Assembly: GCA_041180065.1 (NCBI GenBank)
Contig: JBEGSI010000006.1
Coordinates: 25,729 to 89,728 of the forward strand
Source of the DNA: Actinomycetota bacterium
GTDB taxonomy: Bacteria > Actinomycetota > Actinomycetes > Actinomycetales > Microbacteriaceae
Direction of reading: 5' to 3'
DNA: 64,000 nucleotides
In this document: one piece after another, positions 11,342 to 21,619 of the stretch
Layout of the letters: each line of letters begins with the position of its first letter
Numbering within the stretch: the first letter of the stretch is position 1
Translations under genes and position numbers: made by a program
Notes under the pieces: generated by a model
Told to the model about the DNA's origin: nothing
What the model saw: the letters and a program-made list of their open reading frames with translations, nothing else
The model's database searches: none

Positions 11342-11890
11342 ATGAAGTCGAAACTTGCCGTCATCGCCGGACCTACCGCTGTGGGGAAGGGAACCGTTGT
11401 CCGCCATCTTTTGGCGAGCCACCCCGAAATCAAACTTTCCGTTTCGGCAACCACTCGCGAACCACGTCCTGGTGAAGTCGACGGGATTGACTATTTCTTC
11501 TGGACTCAGGAGCGCTTTGATGAGGCTTTAGCGAACAATGAGCTCTTGGAGTACGCAACCGTTCACGGTACCAATCGCTACGGAACACCGCGTAAGCCCG
11601 TGGAAGAGGCGCTAAAACGAGGCGAAAAGGTTGTTTTGGAGATCGACATCCAAGGTGCTAAACAGGTGAAGAAAGTTATGCCTGAAGCTCTAACGATCTT
11701 TATTCTTCCACCTTCTTGGGATGAATTGGTTCGACGGCTTAGCACCAGGGGAACCGAAGATGTTGGCGAGCAGGAGAAACGACTGCAGACAGCGGTGGTT
11801 GAACTTCAAGCGGCCGATGGCTTCGAGTACCAAGTAATTAACGACGATGTGGATAAATGCGCCGCTAAAGTCTTAGAATTGATGTCATGA
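11342..11890 (+). CDS. gmk: guanylate kinase
   Basis: 182 aa. GPTAVGKGTV P-loop, then SATTREPRPGEVDGIDYFF. Confidence 0.93.
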   Translation: MKSKLAVIAGPTAVGKGTVVRHLLASHPEIKLSVSATTREPRPGEVDGIDYFFWTQERFDEALANNELLEYATVHGTNRYGTPRKPVEEALKRGEKVVLEIDIQGAKQVKKVMPEALTIFILPPSWDELVRRLSTRGTEDVGEQEKRLQTAVVELQAADGFEYQVINDDVDKCAAKVLELMS

Positions 11891-12144
11891 CTACCGAAAC
11901 CCTAAAAGGCATTGTTTCGCCTTCAATCGACAACCTTCTAAGCAAAGTCGATGCGAAGTACGAATTGGTGATGTTTGCCGCTAACCGCGCACGCCAGATC
12001 AACCAGTACTACGCCGAGTTGCAGGCCGGTAGCTTGTTCAACAACGTTGGCCCGCTAGTTGAGGCAACCGTTGACGAGAAGGCTCTCACCATCGCTCTTC
12101 GCGAGATCGACCAGAACAAGCTGGTCAAGACCGCAACAGCTTAA
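11887..12144 (+). CDS. rpoZ: DNA-directed RNA polymerase subunit omega
   Basis: 85 aa. KYELVMFAANRARQIN motif. ATGA overlap with gmk. Conserved gmk-rpoZ-coaBC order. Confidence 0.9.
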   Translation: MTTETLKGIVSPSIDNLLSKVDAKYELVMFAANRARQINQYYAELQAGSLFNNVGPLVEATVDEKALTIALREIDQNKLVKTATA

Positions 12145-12150
12145 TTTCCC

Positions 12151-13332
12151 ATGCGGGTACTGGTTGGAATAACCGGTGGCATAGCTGCCTATAAGGCCGC
12201 GGAAATTGTTCGAGAATTCACCGAACTTGGTAACGATGTTCGCGTCGTTGCTACCCCAAACGCATTGCGATTCATTGGCGCGGCAACACTGGAAGCTCTT
12301 TCACACAACGCTGTCTCAAGTGAGCTTTACAGCGATATCCCTGAAGTAAAGCACGTTGAAATGGCTCAATGGGCTGATGTTATTTTGGTGGCTCCAGCGA
12401 CGGCAAGTTTCCTGGCTCGAACTGTTGCCGGGCTTGCCGACGACCTACTGGGAAACATTCTTCTGGCAGCAACTGCACCGATTGTCATCGCACCTGCGAT
12501 GCACACCGAGATGTGGCTGAACTCCGCGACTGTTGCCAACATTTCAACTCTTCGCTCTCGCGGATACACGGTAATCGACCCTTCGGTTGGACGCCTAACT
12601 GGGGCCGATACCGGTGTCGGTCGTTTGCCAGAAACTGCTCAGCTAGTAGAAGCTACTCTTGCCACGCTCGAGTTCCAAGATCTAGCTGGTAAGAACGTGC
12701 TAGTAGTGGCAGGTGGAACCCGCGAATATATCGACCCGGTTCGATACCTAGGGAACAAGTCTTCCGGCAAACAAGGCATCGCCTTGGTCACAGAGGCGAA
12801 AGCTCGTGGAGCCAAAGTAACGCTGATTGCTGCAAATTTTGATTTCTCGGCTAGCGATGTTGTGACCTATAGGGTCGAAACTACTGCCGAACTCATTTCG
12901 ACCATCGATGGTTTGTCGACCGCGTTTGATTTCGTGATTATGCCGGCTGCTGTCTCGGATTTCCGCTCCGAGGTCTTAAGTACAACGAAGTTGAAGAAGA
13001 ATGACTCAAGCCGAATGAGTCTTGAACTAATCCAGAACCCAGACGTAATCGCTGAAATCTCCAAGGTGGGTAAGGCTCGAAATAATTCGCTGAAGGTGGT
13101 TGGTTTTGCGGCTGAAACAGCTACTGGCATCGAACTAACCCAGTTGGCCAAATCCAAACTCGACAAAAAGGGGTTGGACCTAATTGTTGCAAACGACGTT
13201 TCCAACGGAGCGGCTTTTGACTCTGACACCAATTCAGTTCTAATACTTGGTGCCTCAATAAGCGAAGAAGTCAACGGTTCTAAACGTGAAATCGCTGGGG
13301 CGATCTTCGATCAACTGTTGAAACTTCCTTAG
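12151..13332 (+). CDS. coaBC: bifunctional phosphopantothenoylcysteine decarboxylase / phosphopantothenate-cysteine ligase
   Basis: 393 aa. N-terminal flavoprotein domain (APAMHTEMW) and C-terminal CoaB domain (GNKSSGKQG). Confidence 0.93.
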   Translation: MRVLVGITGGIAAYKAAEIVREFTELGNDVRVVATPNALRFIGAATLEALSHNAVSSELYSDIPEVKHVEMAQWADVILVAPATASFLARTVAGLADDLLGNILLAATAPIVIAPAMHTEMWLNSATVANISTLRSRGYTVIDPSVGRLTGADTGVGRLPETAQLVEATLATLEFQDLAGKNVLVVAGGTREYIDPVRYLGNKSSGKQGIALVTEAKARGAKVTLIAANFDFSASDVVTYRVETTAELISTIDGLSTAFDFVIMPAAVSDFRSEVLSTTKLKKNDSSRMSLELIQNPDVIAEISKVGKARNNSLKVVGFAAETATGIELTQLAKSKLDKKGLDLIVANDVSNGAAFDSDTNSVLILGASISEEVNGSKREIAGAIFDQLLKLP

Positions 13333-13364
13333 ATTGTCGCTGGTGGCGAATATACTTGACAGCA

Positions 13365-14558
13365 ATGTCTGAATTACGCCTGTTTACGTCCGAGTCGGTT
13401 ACCGAAGGTCACCCAGATAAAATCTGTGACCAAATTAGCGACACCATTCTCGATGCACTGCTTGAGCTCGATCCGGGTGCCCGCGTTGCTGTTGAAACTA
13501 TGGTCACTACCGGTCTTGTTCATGTGGCCGGCGAGATTTCCACCGATGCCTATGTTGACATTCCAACCCTCATCCGCAAAAGGGTGAATGAAATCGGCTA
13601 CACCAGCTCTGAAATTGGGTTCGATGGAAATAGTTGCGGCGTAAGCGTTTCGATCGGTGAGCAGAGCCCCGATATCGCAATTGGTGTGAACTCTGGAATT
13701 GAGGTCCGTGAGGGTGTTTCCAGCGACGATTTAGATGGTCAAGGAGCTGGCGACCAAGGAATCATGTTCGGTTACGCCTCAAATGAAACTCCAACTTTGA
13801 TGCCTGCTGCCATTTCTCTTGCTCACCAACTTAGTTCCAAGCTCGCCGAGGTTAGAAAAGAAGGTGTATTTGAATACCTTCGACCAGACGGCAAGACCCA
13901 AGTAACCCTTGGGTTTGACGGTGCTGTTCCGAAGTCTGTCGACACCGTGGTTTTGTCTACTCAGCACCATCCTTCTGTTTCTACTGAACAGTTGCGTCAC
14001 GACATGCAAGCTTTCGTTATTGACCCAGTTCTTGAGGCGTCTGGCTTCGACTACGGGGAATACAAAGCACTAATCAACCCAACTGGTCGTTTCGAAATTG
14101 GTGGCCCAATGGGCGACGCCGGACTAACCGGACGCAAAATCATCGTTGACACGTATGGTGGTGCGGCCAGGCACGGCGGGGGAGCCTTTTCAGGCAAGGA
14201 CCCATCAAAAGTCGACCGTTCTGCGGCTTACGCCATGCGCTGGGTTGCTAAGAACATCGTTGCTGCAGGGTTCGCGGATAGAGCCGAAGTTCAAGTTGCC
14301 TATGCGATTGGTAAGGCGAACCCCGTTGGTCTGTATGTGGAAACTTTTGGCACAGAGAAATACTCGGTTGATTCCATTCGTAACGCAGTGTTAAGAGTCT
14401 TCGACCTTCGTCCTAAGGCGATCATTCAAGATTTGAACCTCTTGCGCCCTATCTACGCTCAAACCGCAGCCTACGGGCACTTTGGTAGAGAGTTAGAGAA
14501 CTTCACCTGGGAGCGAACCGATCGAGTTGTTGAGCTACAAAAAGCTCTGATTGGATAG
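13365..14558 (+). CDS. metK: S-adenosylmethionine synthetase
   Basis: ATG 13365 gives [42 protein letters not shown] motif. The ORF-track TTG 13356 is a possible alternative. Confidence 0.95.
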   Translation: MSELRLFTSESVTEGHPDKICDQISDTILDALLELDPGARVAVETMVTTGLVHVAGEISTDAYVDIPTLIRKRVNEIGYTSSEIGFDGNSCGVSVSIGEQSPDIAIGVNSGIEVREGVSSDDLDGQGAGDQGIMFGYASNETPTLMPAAISLAHQLSSKLAEVRKEGVFEYLRPDGKTQVTLGFDGAVPKSVDTVVLSTQHHPSVSTEQLRHDMQAFVIDPVLEASGFDYGEYKALINPTGRFEIGGPMGDAGLTGRKIIVDTYGGAARHGGGAFSGKDPSKVDRSAAYAMRWVAKNIVAAGFADRAEVQVAYAIGKANPVGLYVETFGTEKYSVDSIRNAVLRVFDLRPKAIIQDLNLLRPIYAQTAAYGHFGRELENFTWERTDRVVELQKALIG

Positions 14559-14561
14559 CTG

Positions 14562-16424
14562 GTGAACACCGAGACTTACGCTCGGGTCGTGTTCCAGTCG
14601 CCACTGCCCGCACTCAGTCGCGAATTCGAATATCTGGTACCAGATAGATTGGTCGCCGAAATTGCCCTTGGGCAAAGAATTAGAGTAACTTTCGCCGGTC
14701 AATCTAAAGAAGGCTTTGTAGTCGGTTTGTCTGGCACTAAGGAGTTTGCCGGCAAGCTAACTGACGTTTCCGAGATCATTTCAGTTGCCCCAGTGTTGTC
14801 GCCCGAGATATACGCTCTACTCAAGGCAATCGCCGAACGGCAGTGCTGTTCGGTTGGAGAACTCATAATCAACGCTGTTCCCAAAAGGTCGGTGCGTGTT
14901 GAGAAAGCTTTTCCGTTCCAAATTCCAACCCGCACAGCGAATCCTGTAGCAAGTCGGTTTGCCGAATTAGTACCCCCTGTCTGCGACGCAGTGTCGGGTC
15001 TGCCGAAGTTCTTATCAAGGGTCGCAACTTTGGCACGGGACTATTTCGATTCGGGACGTTCGGTCATCATTTGTGTTCCGGATTTCAGAGACTTAAAGCG
15101 AGTTCGGGAAGCGCTTGCGCATATTTTGCCTGTGCAATCAATTTCTGGTGTTGACTCAAATGAAGTTGCTTCCGAGAGATACCTTCAGTTTTTACAGCAA
15201 CTCACCTCTCAGAAAATGGTTGTTGTAGGAACCCGCAACGCCATCTACTCGCCCGTCAGTGGTGATGCCGCGATTATCGTCTGGGACGATGGAGACCAGA
15301 GTCACCAAGATCAACAATCTCCATACCTAACCACGCGTGAAATTGCCCTGATGCGCCAAGATCTTTTTGGTGCACCTCTTCACTTCCTTTCGCATAGTAG
15401 AAGCGCCGAAGTGCAACGTCTTGTGCGAATCGGATATTTGCAAGAAACCAAGCATGGTAACTGGCGGCCTAAGGTTGCGATCAGTGAGGGCTCGGGACTC
15501 GACGCAATGACCTTCAAATTGGTGAAGCGCGCTCTGGAGAACGGGCCCGTTCTGGTTCAGGTGGCCTCTCCTGGTAATGCGCGCTCGCTTTACTGCAACG
15601 ATTGTGGCACTCGTTCGATGTGCCGAAACTGCAACGGTCCGCTCTGGATGAATGCAAAGGGCCAAATTGTGTGTCGTTGGTGCGGAAACTTGAACATGGA
15701 TTTCAGATGTGCAAAATGCAACCACTCGAAATTGCGGCAGGGTGGAGCTGGTGTCACTCGGTGGGCTGAGCAACTTGGAAAGTCTTTCCCTGGCGTTGCC
15801 ATTCGAGAAGTTACTGCCGAGCAAGAGCAACATCTAATTCCCAATAAGCCGACAATCGTAATTTGCACTGCGGGAATTGAACCAATTGCCACTGGCGGCT
15901 TTGCAGGTGCGGTTTTATTGGATTGTGCGACTCAGCTGAATGTAGATTCGCTTAGAGCTCCCGAAGACGCACTTCGTAGTTGGTTAAACGCGCTGGCATT
16001 CATGAGAGAGGGTGCAGAAGCCGTTGCTGTTGGAGCGACGCCTGAAGTAAGTAAGGCACTCACTCTTGGTTTGGTCGTTGAGACTGTTGATGACATCGTC
16101 AGCGAACGCGAGGTGCTCGGATTCCCACCTTCAAAAAGATTCCTAAGTGCCACCGGTTCGAAAGAGGTAGTTGATTCTTTAGCGGAGGCTCTCGAGAACT
16201 CATCCCTGGTTCGAGTACTTGGTATCTCGCAGGCCGCAGCGTCTTCGACCAAGCCAGACTTTCGCCTTGTCGCCTCTTTCTCGTACGCTAGTGGACCGCA
16301 GGTCGCATCACTCATGAAGGAGTTTTTAGCTCGGCTGGGCGCGAAGCAAGTTCGCACAAACTCAAAGTCAGGTAGAAGCCTTAGGCCGCTGAGCGTCAAG
16401 TTCGACGACCCGAGAGTGATTTAG
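14562..16424 (+). CDS. priA: primosomal protein N' (PriA) homologue with degenerate helicase motifs
   Basis: 620 aa with PriA-like layout and conserved metK-priA-fmt position. Four CxxC pairs are intact (nt 15594-15719). No Walker A was found. Confidence 0.8.
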   Translation: MNTETYARVVFQSPLPALSREFEYLVPDRLVAEIALGQRIRVTFAGQSKEGFVVGLSGTKEFAGKLTDVSEIISVAPVLSPEIYALLKAIAERQCCSVGELIINAVPKRSVRVEKAFPFQIPTRTANPVASRFAELVPPVCDAVSGLPKFLSRVATLARDYFDSGRSVIICVPDFRDLKRVREALAHILPVQSISGVDSNEVASERYLQFLQQLTSQKMVVVGTRNAIYSPVSGDAAIIVWDDGDQSHQDQQSPYLTTREIALMRQDLFGAPLHFLSHSRSAEVQRLVRIGYLQETKHGNWRPKVAISEGSGLDAMTFKLVKRALENGPVLVQVASPGNARSLYCNDCGTRSMCRNCNGPLWMNAKGQIVCRWCGNLNMDFRCAKCNHSKLRQGGAGVTRWAEQLGKSFPGVAIREVTAEQEQHLIPNKPTIVICTAGIEPIATGGFAGAVLLDCATQLNVDSLRAPEDALRSWLNALAFMREGAEAVAVGATPEVSKALTLGLVVETVDDIVSEREVLGFPPSKRFLSATGSKEVVDSLAEALENSSLVRVLGISQAAASSTKPDFRLVASFSYASGPQVASLMKEFLARLGAKQVRTNSKSGRSLRPLSVKFDDPRVI

Positions 16425-16427
16425 GCT
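16422..16427 (+). promoter_or_regulatory. TAGGCT hexamer 6 nt upstream of fmt GTG (candidate -10 of a leaderless transcript)
   Basis: TAGGCTgtcataGTG. The TAG is also the priA stop codon. No SD is present. Confidence 0.4.
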
Positions 16428-16433
16428 GTCATA

Positions 16434-17360
16434 GTGTCCATCGTCTTTGCCGGTACCCCAGAAAATGCAGCGACCTCGCTAAGGCTGCTAGTTGAATCCG
16501 GCGTGCCAATTAGTTTGGTTCTCACCAGACCAGATGCGCCAATCGGAAGAAAGTCGATGCTCACTCCTTCGCCCGTCGCAGTTGTAGCAGAAGAGCTCCG
16601 TTTGCCCGTAATCAAGAGCAACAAGATCGATGATCAAATCATTGGCGAACTAAAGGCTCATAGAATCTCATTTGCGATTGTCATCGCCTTTGGAGTTATC
16701 CTTCGCGAGGATGCTCTAGCGTCGCTTGAAAAGGGATGGTTCAACGTTCACTACAGTCTTCTTCCGAAATGGAGAGGTGCAGCACCGGTTCAGCAGGCGA
16801 TCATTGCGGGCGACACTGAGACCGGCGTGACAATCTTCCAAATTGACCAAGGTTTAGACACTGGTCCTATTCTTGGCTCTGTTAACACACGAATAGAGCC
16901 CGTGGAGACTTCTGGTGACCTGTTGAAGAGACTCACGCTCCTCGGTGTATCCCTGTTGCTGGAAGTATTACCGCAAATTGATAGCGGTGTATTCAATCTC
17001 AAGCAACAGCCTTCAATTGGAATATCGCTTGCACCAAAGCTTGCAAGATCAGACGTGAAACTTGATTTCCATCGAGATGCAAAATCGTTGTCAAATCTGG
17101 TTCGTGGAGCGAATCCGGAGCCTGGGGCATGGTGTACGACATCGTTAGGTTACGAACTCAAAATTCATCGGGCTAGTTTCACTGACGAATCACAACTGGC
17201 TGTCGGTGAATGTTTACTTCGTGATGGCCGTCTCTTCGTAGGCTGTGGGTCTGGATCACTTGAATTGGTTGAAGTTCAACCAGCCGGAAAACAAAGAATG
17301 GACGCGATCGCTTGGTATCGCGGTTTGAACCAGAAAATAGAAATAGGTGTAATTGTCTAG
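16434..17360 (+). CDS. fmt: methionyl-tRNA formyltransferase
   Basis: 308 aa. N-terminal IVFAGTPE and the HYSLLPKWRGAAPVQ motif. Confidence 0.93.
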   Translation: MSIVFAGTPENAATSLRLLVESGVPISLVLTRPDAPIGRKSMLTPSPVAVVAEELRLPVIKSNKIDDQIIGELKAHRISFAIVIAFGVILREDALASLEKGWFNVHYSLLPKWRGAAPVQQAIIAGDTETGVTIFQIDQGLDTGPILGSVNTRIEPVETSGDLLKRLTLLGVSLLLEVLPQIDSGVFNLKQQPSIGISLAPKLARSDVKLDFHRDAKSLSNLVRGANPEPGAWCTTSLGYELKIHRASFTDESQLAVGECLLRDGRLFVGCGSGSLELVEVQPAGKQRMDAIAWYRGLNQKIEIGVIV

Positions 17361-18699
17361 CCCCAGAAGCGTTGCGTTGAAGGCACTGATTGCTGTTGAA
17401 GAAACCGACGCCTACTTGAACTTGGTTTTGCCTAAGAAGATCGCTGAGAATCGCCTAAGCACGGCAGACGCTGCATTTGCAACCGAACTGGCATATGGAA
17501 CCTCGAGGAACCAGGGTTTTTACGACTTCGTTATTGCCAAAGGTGCTGCCAGAGAAGTAGAAAGCATCGACGCGGATGTTCTATGTGCTCTCCGAATGGG
17601 AACTCATCAGTTGCTGGTTCTGGAAACACCAGAGCACGCTGCAATCTTTGAGATGGTCGAGCTAGTAAAAAGGGAACTTAGGCAATCGGCCGCCGGCTTC
17701 GTAAATGCGGCTTTGCGTCGCGTTGCCGAGAGAAGCTTGGACGACTGGCTGGAGCTTCTAGATAAGCAGGGCCTAGGAACCGATGAGGACCTCTCCATCA
17801 GGTATTCCCACCCACTCTGGGTTACCAGGGCGATTCGACTGGCGCTTGAGGCTGATGGAGCAGGCAGTGAGCTCGAAGCCGCACTAAATGCAGACAACGT
17901 GAATCCTAAGGTGAACCTCGTTGCTCTTCCTGGTAAAGATATCAATCGTTCCGGTCTCACTAAAGGTTTAGCGTCACCGATTGGTTATGTTCTGGAATCG
18001 GGAGACCCGAGCAAGTTCGCTGGAGTCGCGATGGGCTCAATGCGAGTACAAGATCAAGGCTCTCAACTGGTCACCATGGCACTCTCGAGTTCTACCTCAT
18101 GCTCACCGGGGGAGCAGTGGCTCGACATTTGTGCTGGCCCCGGTGGTAAGGCTGTGCTTATGGCTGCTCTTGCAGCTAAATCTGGAGCGGATCTGACTAC
18201 CAACGAGATAACTCCTCATCGCGCAAAGCTCGTTGAGACTGCCTTGCGACATAGCGGGTTTCGTGCATTGCAGCTCATCGGCGATGGTCGAAACATCGAT
18301 GAGAGTTACCAATTCGATCGAATTATGCTCGATGCCCCATGCACTGGTCTAGGGGCTCTCCGCAGAAGACCAGAATCAAGGTGGAGAAAAGGGAATGCGA
18401 ATTTGAAGGAGTTGGCGGTTCTTCAAAGGGAGTTGCTCTCTTCTGCATGGCAACACCTCAAGCCCGGGGGCGTCTTAGCCTACGTGACCTGCTCACCCCA
18501 CCCGACAGAAACTATTTCTCAGATTGAATGGTTCTTAAGAACTGAACCCCAAGCCGCTCTATTGAATGCAACTGGAGTGGTTACTAAGCTCAACCCAGAG
18601 TTGAAACTGAATCGTGATCGTAAGACGATGCAACTTTGGCCTCACCGAAACGGTACCGATGCCATGTTCCTCGCTCTTCTTCAGAAATCTAAAAGTTAG
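17353..18699 (+). CDS. rsmB: 16S rRNA (cytosine967-C5)-methyltransferase (Sun/Fmu)
   Basis: 448 aa. NusB-like N-terminal domain. DAPCTGLGALRRRPE and TCSPHPTE methyltransferase motifs. TTG start overlaps the fmt stop by 8 nt. Confidence 0.88.
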   Translation: MSSPRSVALKALIAVEETDAYLNLVLPKKIAENRLSTADAAFATELAYGTSRNQGFYDFVIAKGAAREVESIDADVLCALRMGTHQLLVLETPEHAAIFEMVELVKRELRQSAAGFVNAALRRVAERSLDDWLELLDKQGLGTDEDLSIRYSHPLWVTRAIRLALEADGAGSELEAALNADNVNPKVNLVALPGKDINRSGLTKGLASPIGYVLESGDPSKFAGVAMGSMRVQDQGSQLVTMALSSSTSCSPGEQWLDICAGPGGKAVLMAALAAKSGADLTTNEITPHRAKLVETALRHSGFRALQLIGDGRNIDESYQFDRIMLDAPCTGLGALRRRPESRWRKGNANLKELAVLQRELLSSAWQHLKPGGVLAYVTCSPHPTETISQIEWFLRTEPQAALLNATGVVTKLNPELKLNRDRKTMQLWPHRNGTDAMFLALLQKSKS

Positions 18700-18708
18700 A
18701 CTTTAGCC

Positions 18709-19374
18709 ATGTCGATAGCCATCCACCCGAGTATCCTCTCGGCCGACTTTGTTAACTTTCAGAGGGACTTTGAGTCGATCAGCGAGGCTGACGCGATTCA
18801 TGTAGATGTTATGGACGGTCACTTTGTTCCAAATTTGACCTTTGGTCTTCCCATGGTCAAACGCATGATTGAGGTTGCCAAATCGCCAATTGACGTTCAT
18901 TTGATGATTGAGAACGTCGACGAGCTGGCAGTTCGTTACGCTGATGCCGGGGCATCCAGCGTGACTTTTCACATAGAGGCGTCCGAGGACTTTCTTAAGT
19001 TGGCTAGAGCAATTCGAACTACCGGAGCTAAGGCGTCGGTTGCTGTGAAGCCAGGAACTTCAATTAGCCAGGTTCTCGACGCCGTTGATGAATTGGACAT
19101 GATTCTGATCATGACCGTTGAGCCTGGTTTCGGCGGACAAAGATTCATGCCGGAGATGATGGAGAAGGTTTCAACAGTTCGCTCCGAGATTCGCCGATTG
19201 GGCTTGAATACCATCATCCAGGTAGATGGTGGAATTGATGAAGACACCATTGTGACCGCATCAAAAGCGGGCGCCGATTGCTTCGTTTCTGGCAACGCCA
19301 TTTTCTCCAAGGCCGATCGCAATAGCGAGATTATTTCCTTGCGAAATTTGGCAAAAGCAAACTTTTCTGCCTAA
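18709..19374 (+). CDS. rpe: ribulose-phosphate 3-epimerase
   Basis: 221 aa. [16 protein letters not shown] motif. Confidence 0.94.
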   Translation: MSIAIHPSILSADFVNFQRDFESISEADAIHVDVMDGHFVPNLTFGLPMVKRMIEVAKSPIDVHLMIENVDELAVRYADAGASSVTFHIEASEDFLKLARAIRTTGAKASVAVKPGTSISQVLDAVDELDMILIMTVEPGFGGQRFMPEMMEKVSTVRSEIRRLGLNTIIQVDGGIDEDTIVTASKAGADCFVSGNAIFSKADRNSEIISLRNLAKANFSA

Positions 19375-19406
19375 CTAAGCCAGACCGCTTGGGTAACCTT
19401 GAAGGT

Positions 19407-19670
19407 ATGACGACATTCGCGAATCTTTTTGAGCAACTACAGGAAACGGCCCAAACCAGACCTGCCGATTCGCATACGGTTAAGTGGCTAGACGCCGGAG
19501 TTCACACGATTGGCAAAAAGGTCGTTGAAGAAGCTGCCGAGGTTTGGATGGCTGCCGAACATGAGTCTAATGAGCGCACTGCTGAGGAGATCAGTCAGTT
19601 GCTGTACCACCTACAAGTCATGATGATTGCCAAGGGAATTTCCTTGGACGACGTTGAGAAATACCTTTAG
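19407..19670 (+). CDS. hisE: phosphoribosyl-ATP pyrophosphatase
   Basis: TRPADSHTV...[15 protein letters not shown] matches actinobacterial HisE. I prefer ATG 19407 (TAACCT hexamer 7 nt upstream), but TTG 19389 from the ORF track is not excluded. Confidence 0.85.
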   Translation: MTTFANLFEQLQETAQTRPADSHTVKWLDAGVHTIGKKVVEEAAEVWMAAEHESNERTAEEISQLLYHLQVMMIAKGISLDDVEKYL

Positions 19671-19680
19671 AGAGAATTTG

Positions 19681-20520
19681 ATGTTAAGAGTTGCAGTGCC
19701 CAATAAGGGCATTTTGTCTGATACCGCGATAGTGATGCTGCGTGAAGCAGGGTATACCGTTCGTCGAGACCCCAAAGAGTTACACGTTATCGATGTCGAG
19801 AACGACATCGAGTTTTTCTATCTTCGACCTCGGGACATCGCCACGTACGTTGGCTCTGGGTCACTGGATCTTGGGCTAACCGGCTTAGATCTTCTCAGAG
19901 ACTCTCGGTCACCTGCAAACACCGTTGAAGACCTCAAGTTCGGTGAATCAACATTTCGGTTCGCTGGCCCAGCAGGAAAATTTACGGACATAAAGCAACT
20001 CGAGGGTAAAAGAGTAGCCACTGCCTACGTCAACCTAGTTGAGGATTTCCTTGCGAAATCAGGCATCAAGGCAGTTCTGGTTGAACTAGACGGAGCGGTG
20101 GAAACAGCGGTTCGCCTAGGAGTAGCGGATGCGGTTGCCGACGTGGTGTCTACTGGTAATACTCTGCGTCAGGCAGGGCTCGAGATATTCGGTCCCGTTA
20201 TTCTCAAATCGACTGCGCATCTCATAAGCGCGCCTGGAAAAGAAACCTTGGCAAATTCACTTCTCCGGAGACTTCGCGGTGTTGTAGTTGCTCGAGAGTA
20301 CGTAATTTTTGATTATGACTGCCCGACTGAATTGGTGGAACAAGCCTCGCGGGTGACCCCAGGTATTGAATCACCGACTGTTTCTCCGCTAAGGGACCCG
20401 AATTGGGTCGCTGTGCGAGCACTGGTAAAGAGTTCGGAAACCAACTCAACCATGGACGCGCTCTACGAGCTCGGGGCACGTGCAATTCTGGTTAGCGCAA
20501 TTCACGCAGCTCGAATCTAA
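19681..20520 (+). CDS. hisG: ATP phosphoribosyltransferase (long form)
   Basis: Internal ATG 19681 gives [14 protein letters not shown]. 279 aa. The earlier ORF start lies inside hisE. Confidence 0.92.
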   Translation: MLRVAVPNKGILSDTAIVMLREAGYTVRRDPKELHVIDVENDIEFFYLRPRDIATYVGSGSLDLGLTGLDLLRDSRSPANTVEDLKFGESTFRFAGPAGKFTDIKQLEGKRVATAYVNLVEDFLAKSGIKAVLVELDGAVETAVRLGVADAVADVVSTGNTLRQAGLEIFGPVILKSTAHLISAPGKETLANSLLRRLRGVVVAREYVIFDYDCPTELVEQASRVTPGIESPTVSPLRDPNWVAVRALVKSSETNSTMDALYELGARAILVSAIHAARI

Positions 20521-21281
20521 TGAGCCTCACTGTTCGGATTATTCCCTGCCTTGACGTTGCTGATGGCAGGGTCGTAAAAGGTGTGAACTTTGAGAATCTT
20601 CGCGACGCCGGAGACCCTGTCGAATTAGCCAAGTTCTACTATGAATCGGGCGCCGACGAACTTACTTTCCTCGATGTGATGGCCACAGTTGACGACCGTT
20701 CAACTATGTACAACTTGGTAACCAAGACGGCGGAGCAAGTATTCATCCCCCTAACCGTTGGCGGGGGAGTTAGGTCTGTTTCGGACGTAGGAAACTTGCT
20801 TGCGGCAGGTGCAGACAAGGTAAGCGTCTCCTCGGCTGCCATCTCTAACCCGAATTTACTTTCTGAAATCTCGGAACGATACGGCAATCAGGTATTAGTT
20901 CTCTCGCTCGACCTGAAAATGCGTCCTGATTCTGCCGAGGCATGGTTGGTTACCACTCACGGCGGGCGCACTGTCACCGACATCGACGCCATCGAATGGA
21001 TAGCGAAAGCCGAATCCTTGGGCGTGGGTGAGTTGCTAGTCAATAGCATCGACGCGGACGGCACCAAGAACGGGTTCGATTTACCTCTAATCAGAGCAGT
21101 GCGACAAGTTTCTAATCTTCCGCTCATAGCCTCTGGCGGCGCTGGCAGGGGAGAAGACTTTCCGGCTGCCGCGAGTGCTGGCGCAGACGCTCTGCTGGCG
21201 GCATCCATTTTCCATAATCGCTCAGTTACAATTGCGGAAACTAAAGACTGCTTGAGAGAGGCTGGTTTTGCTGTTCGATGA
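20520..21281 (+). CDS. hisF: imidazole glycerol phosphate synthase cyclase subunit
   Basis: 253 aa. [17 protein letters not shown] motif. TAATG overlap with hisG. Confidence 0.95.
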   Translation: MSLTVRIIPCLDVADGRVVKGVNFENLRDAGDPVELAKFYYESGADELTFLDVMATVDDRSTMYNLVTKTAEQVFIPLTVGGGVRSVSDVGNLLAAGADKVSVSSAAISNPNLLSEISERYGNQVLVLSLDLKMRPDSAEAWLVTTHGGRTVTDIDAIEWIAKAESLGVGELLVNSIDADGTKNGFDLPLIRAVRQVSNLPLIASGGAGRGEDFPAAASAGADALLAASIFHNRSVTIAETKDCLREAGFAVR

Positions 21282-21619
21282 CAACAGATTTTGATGTTTC
21301 TCAAGTGCGATTCAACAGCGACGGATTGGTGCCTGTCATCGCTCAGGAAGCTACTTCCGGGCTGGTTCTTATGCTGGCCTGGATGAATCTTGAGGCGCTC
21401 ACGAAGACTTTGGAGTTGCGCGAGGCGGTTTACTTCTCTAGGAGCCGCAATGAACTTTGGCACAAAGGTAGCACCAGCGGAAATTACCAAACGCTAACCG
21501 GCATAGCGAGCGACTGTGATGGTGACACTTTGTTGCTTACGGTGAGAGTTAGTGGACCTGCTTGCCACAACGGAACTGATTCCTGTTTTGATACACAGAG
21601 GATCGAGTACACAAAATGA
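21278..21619 (+). CDS. hisI: phosphoribosyl-AMP cyclohydrolase
   Basis: 113 aa. [10 protein letters not shown] and the Cys cluster DCDGD...GPACHNG. ATGA overlap with hisF. Confidence 0.9.
   Translation: MTTDFDVSQVRFNSDGLVPVIAQEATSGLVLMLAWMNLEALTKTLELREAVYFSRSRNELWHKGSTSGNYQTLTGIASDCDGDTLLLTVRVSGPACHNGTDSCFDTQRIEYTK

Noticed and set aside
20957-21490. Long antisense ORFs: 177 aa opposite hisF/hisI, 168 and 155 aa opposite priA (15327-15833, 15932-16399), 155 aa opposite pgi (57618-58085), 153 aa opposite uvrA (43905-44366), 135 aa opposite coaBC (12867-13274).
   Set aside because: They are Ser/Ala/Arg/Pro-rich with low complexity, have no recognisable motifs and no SD, and are fully nested opposite well-conserved genes. 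This is typical of open antisense frames in moderate-to-high GC coding DNA.
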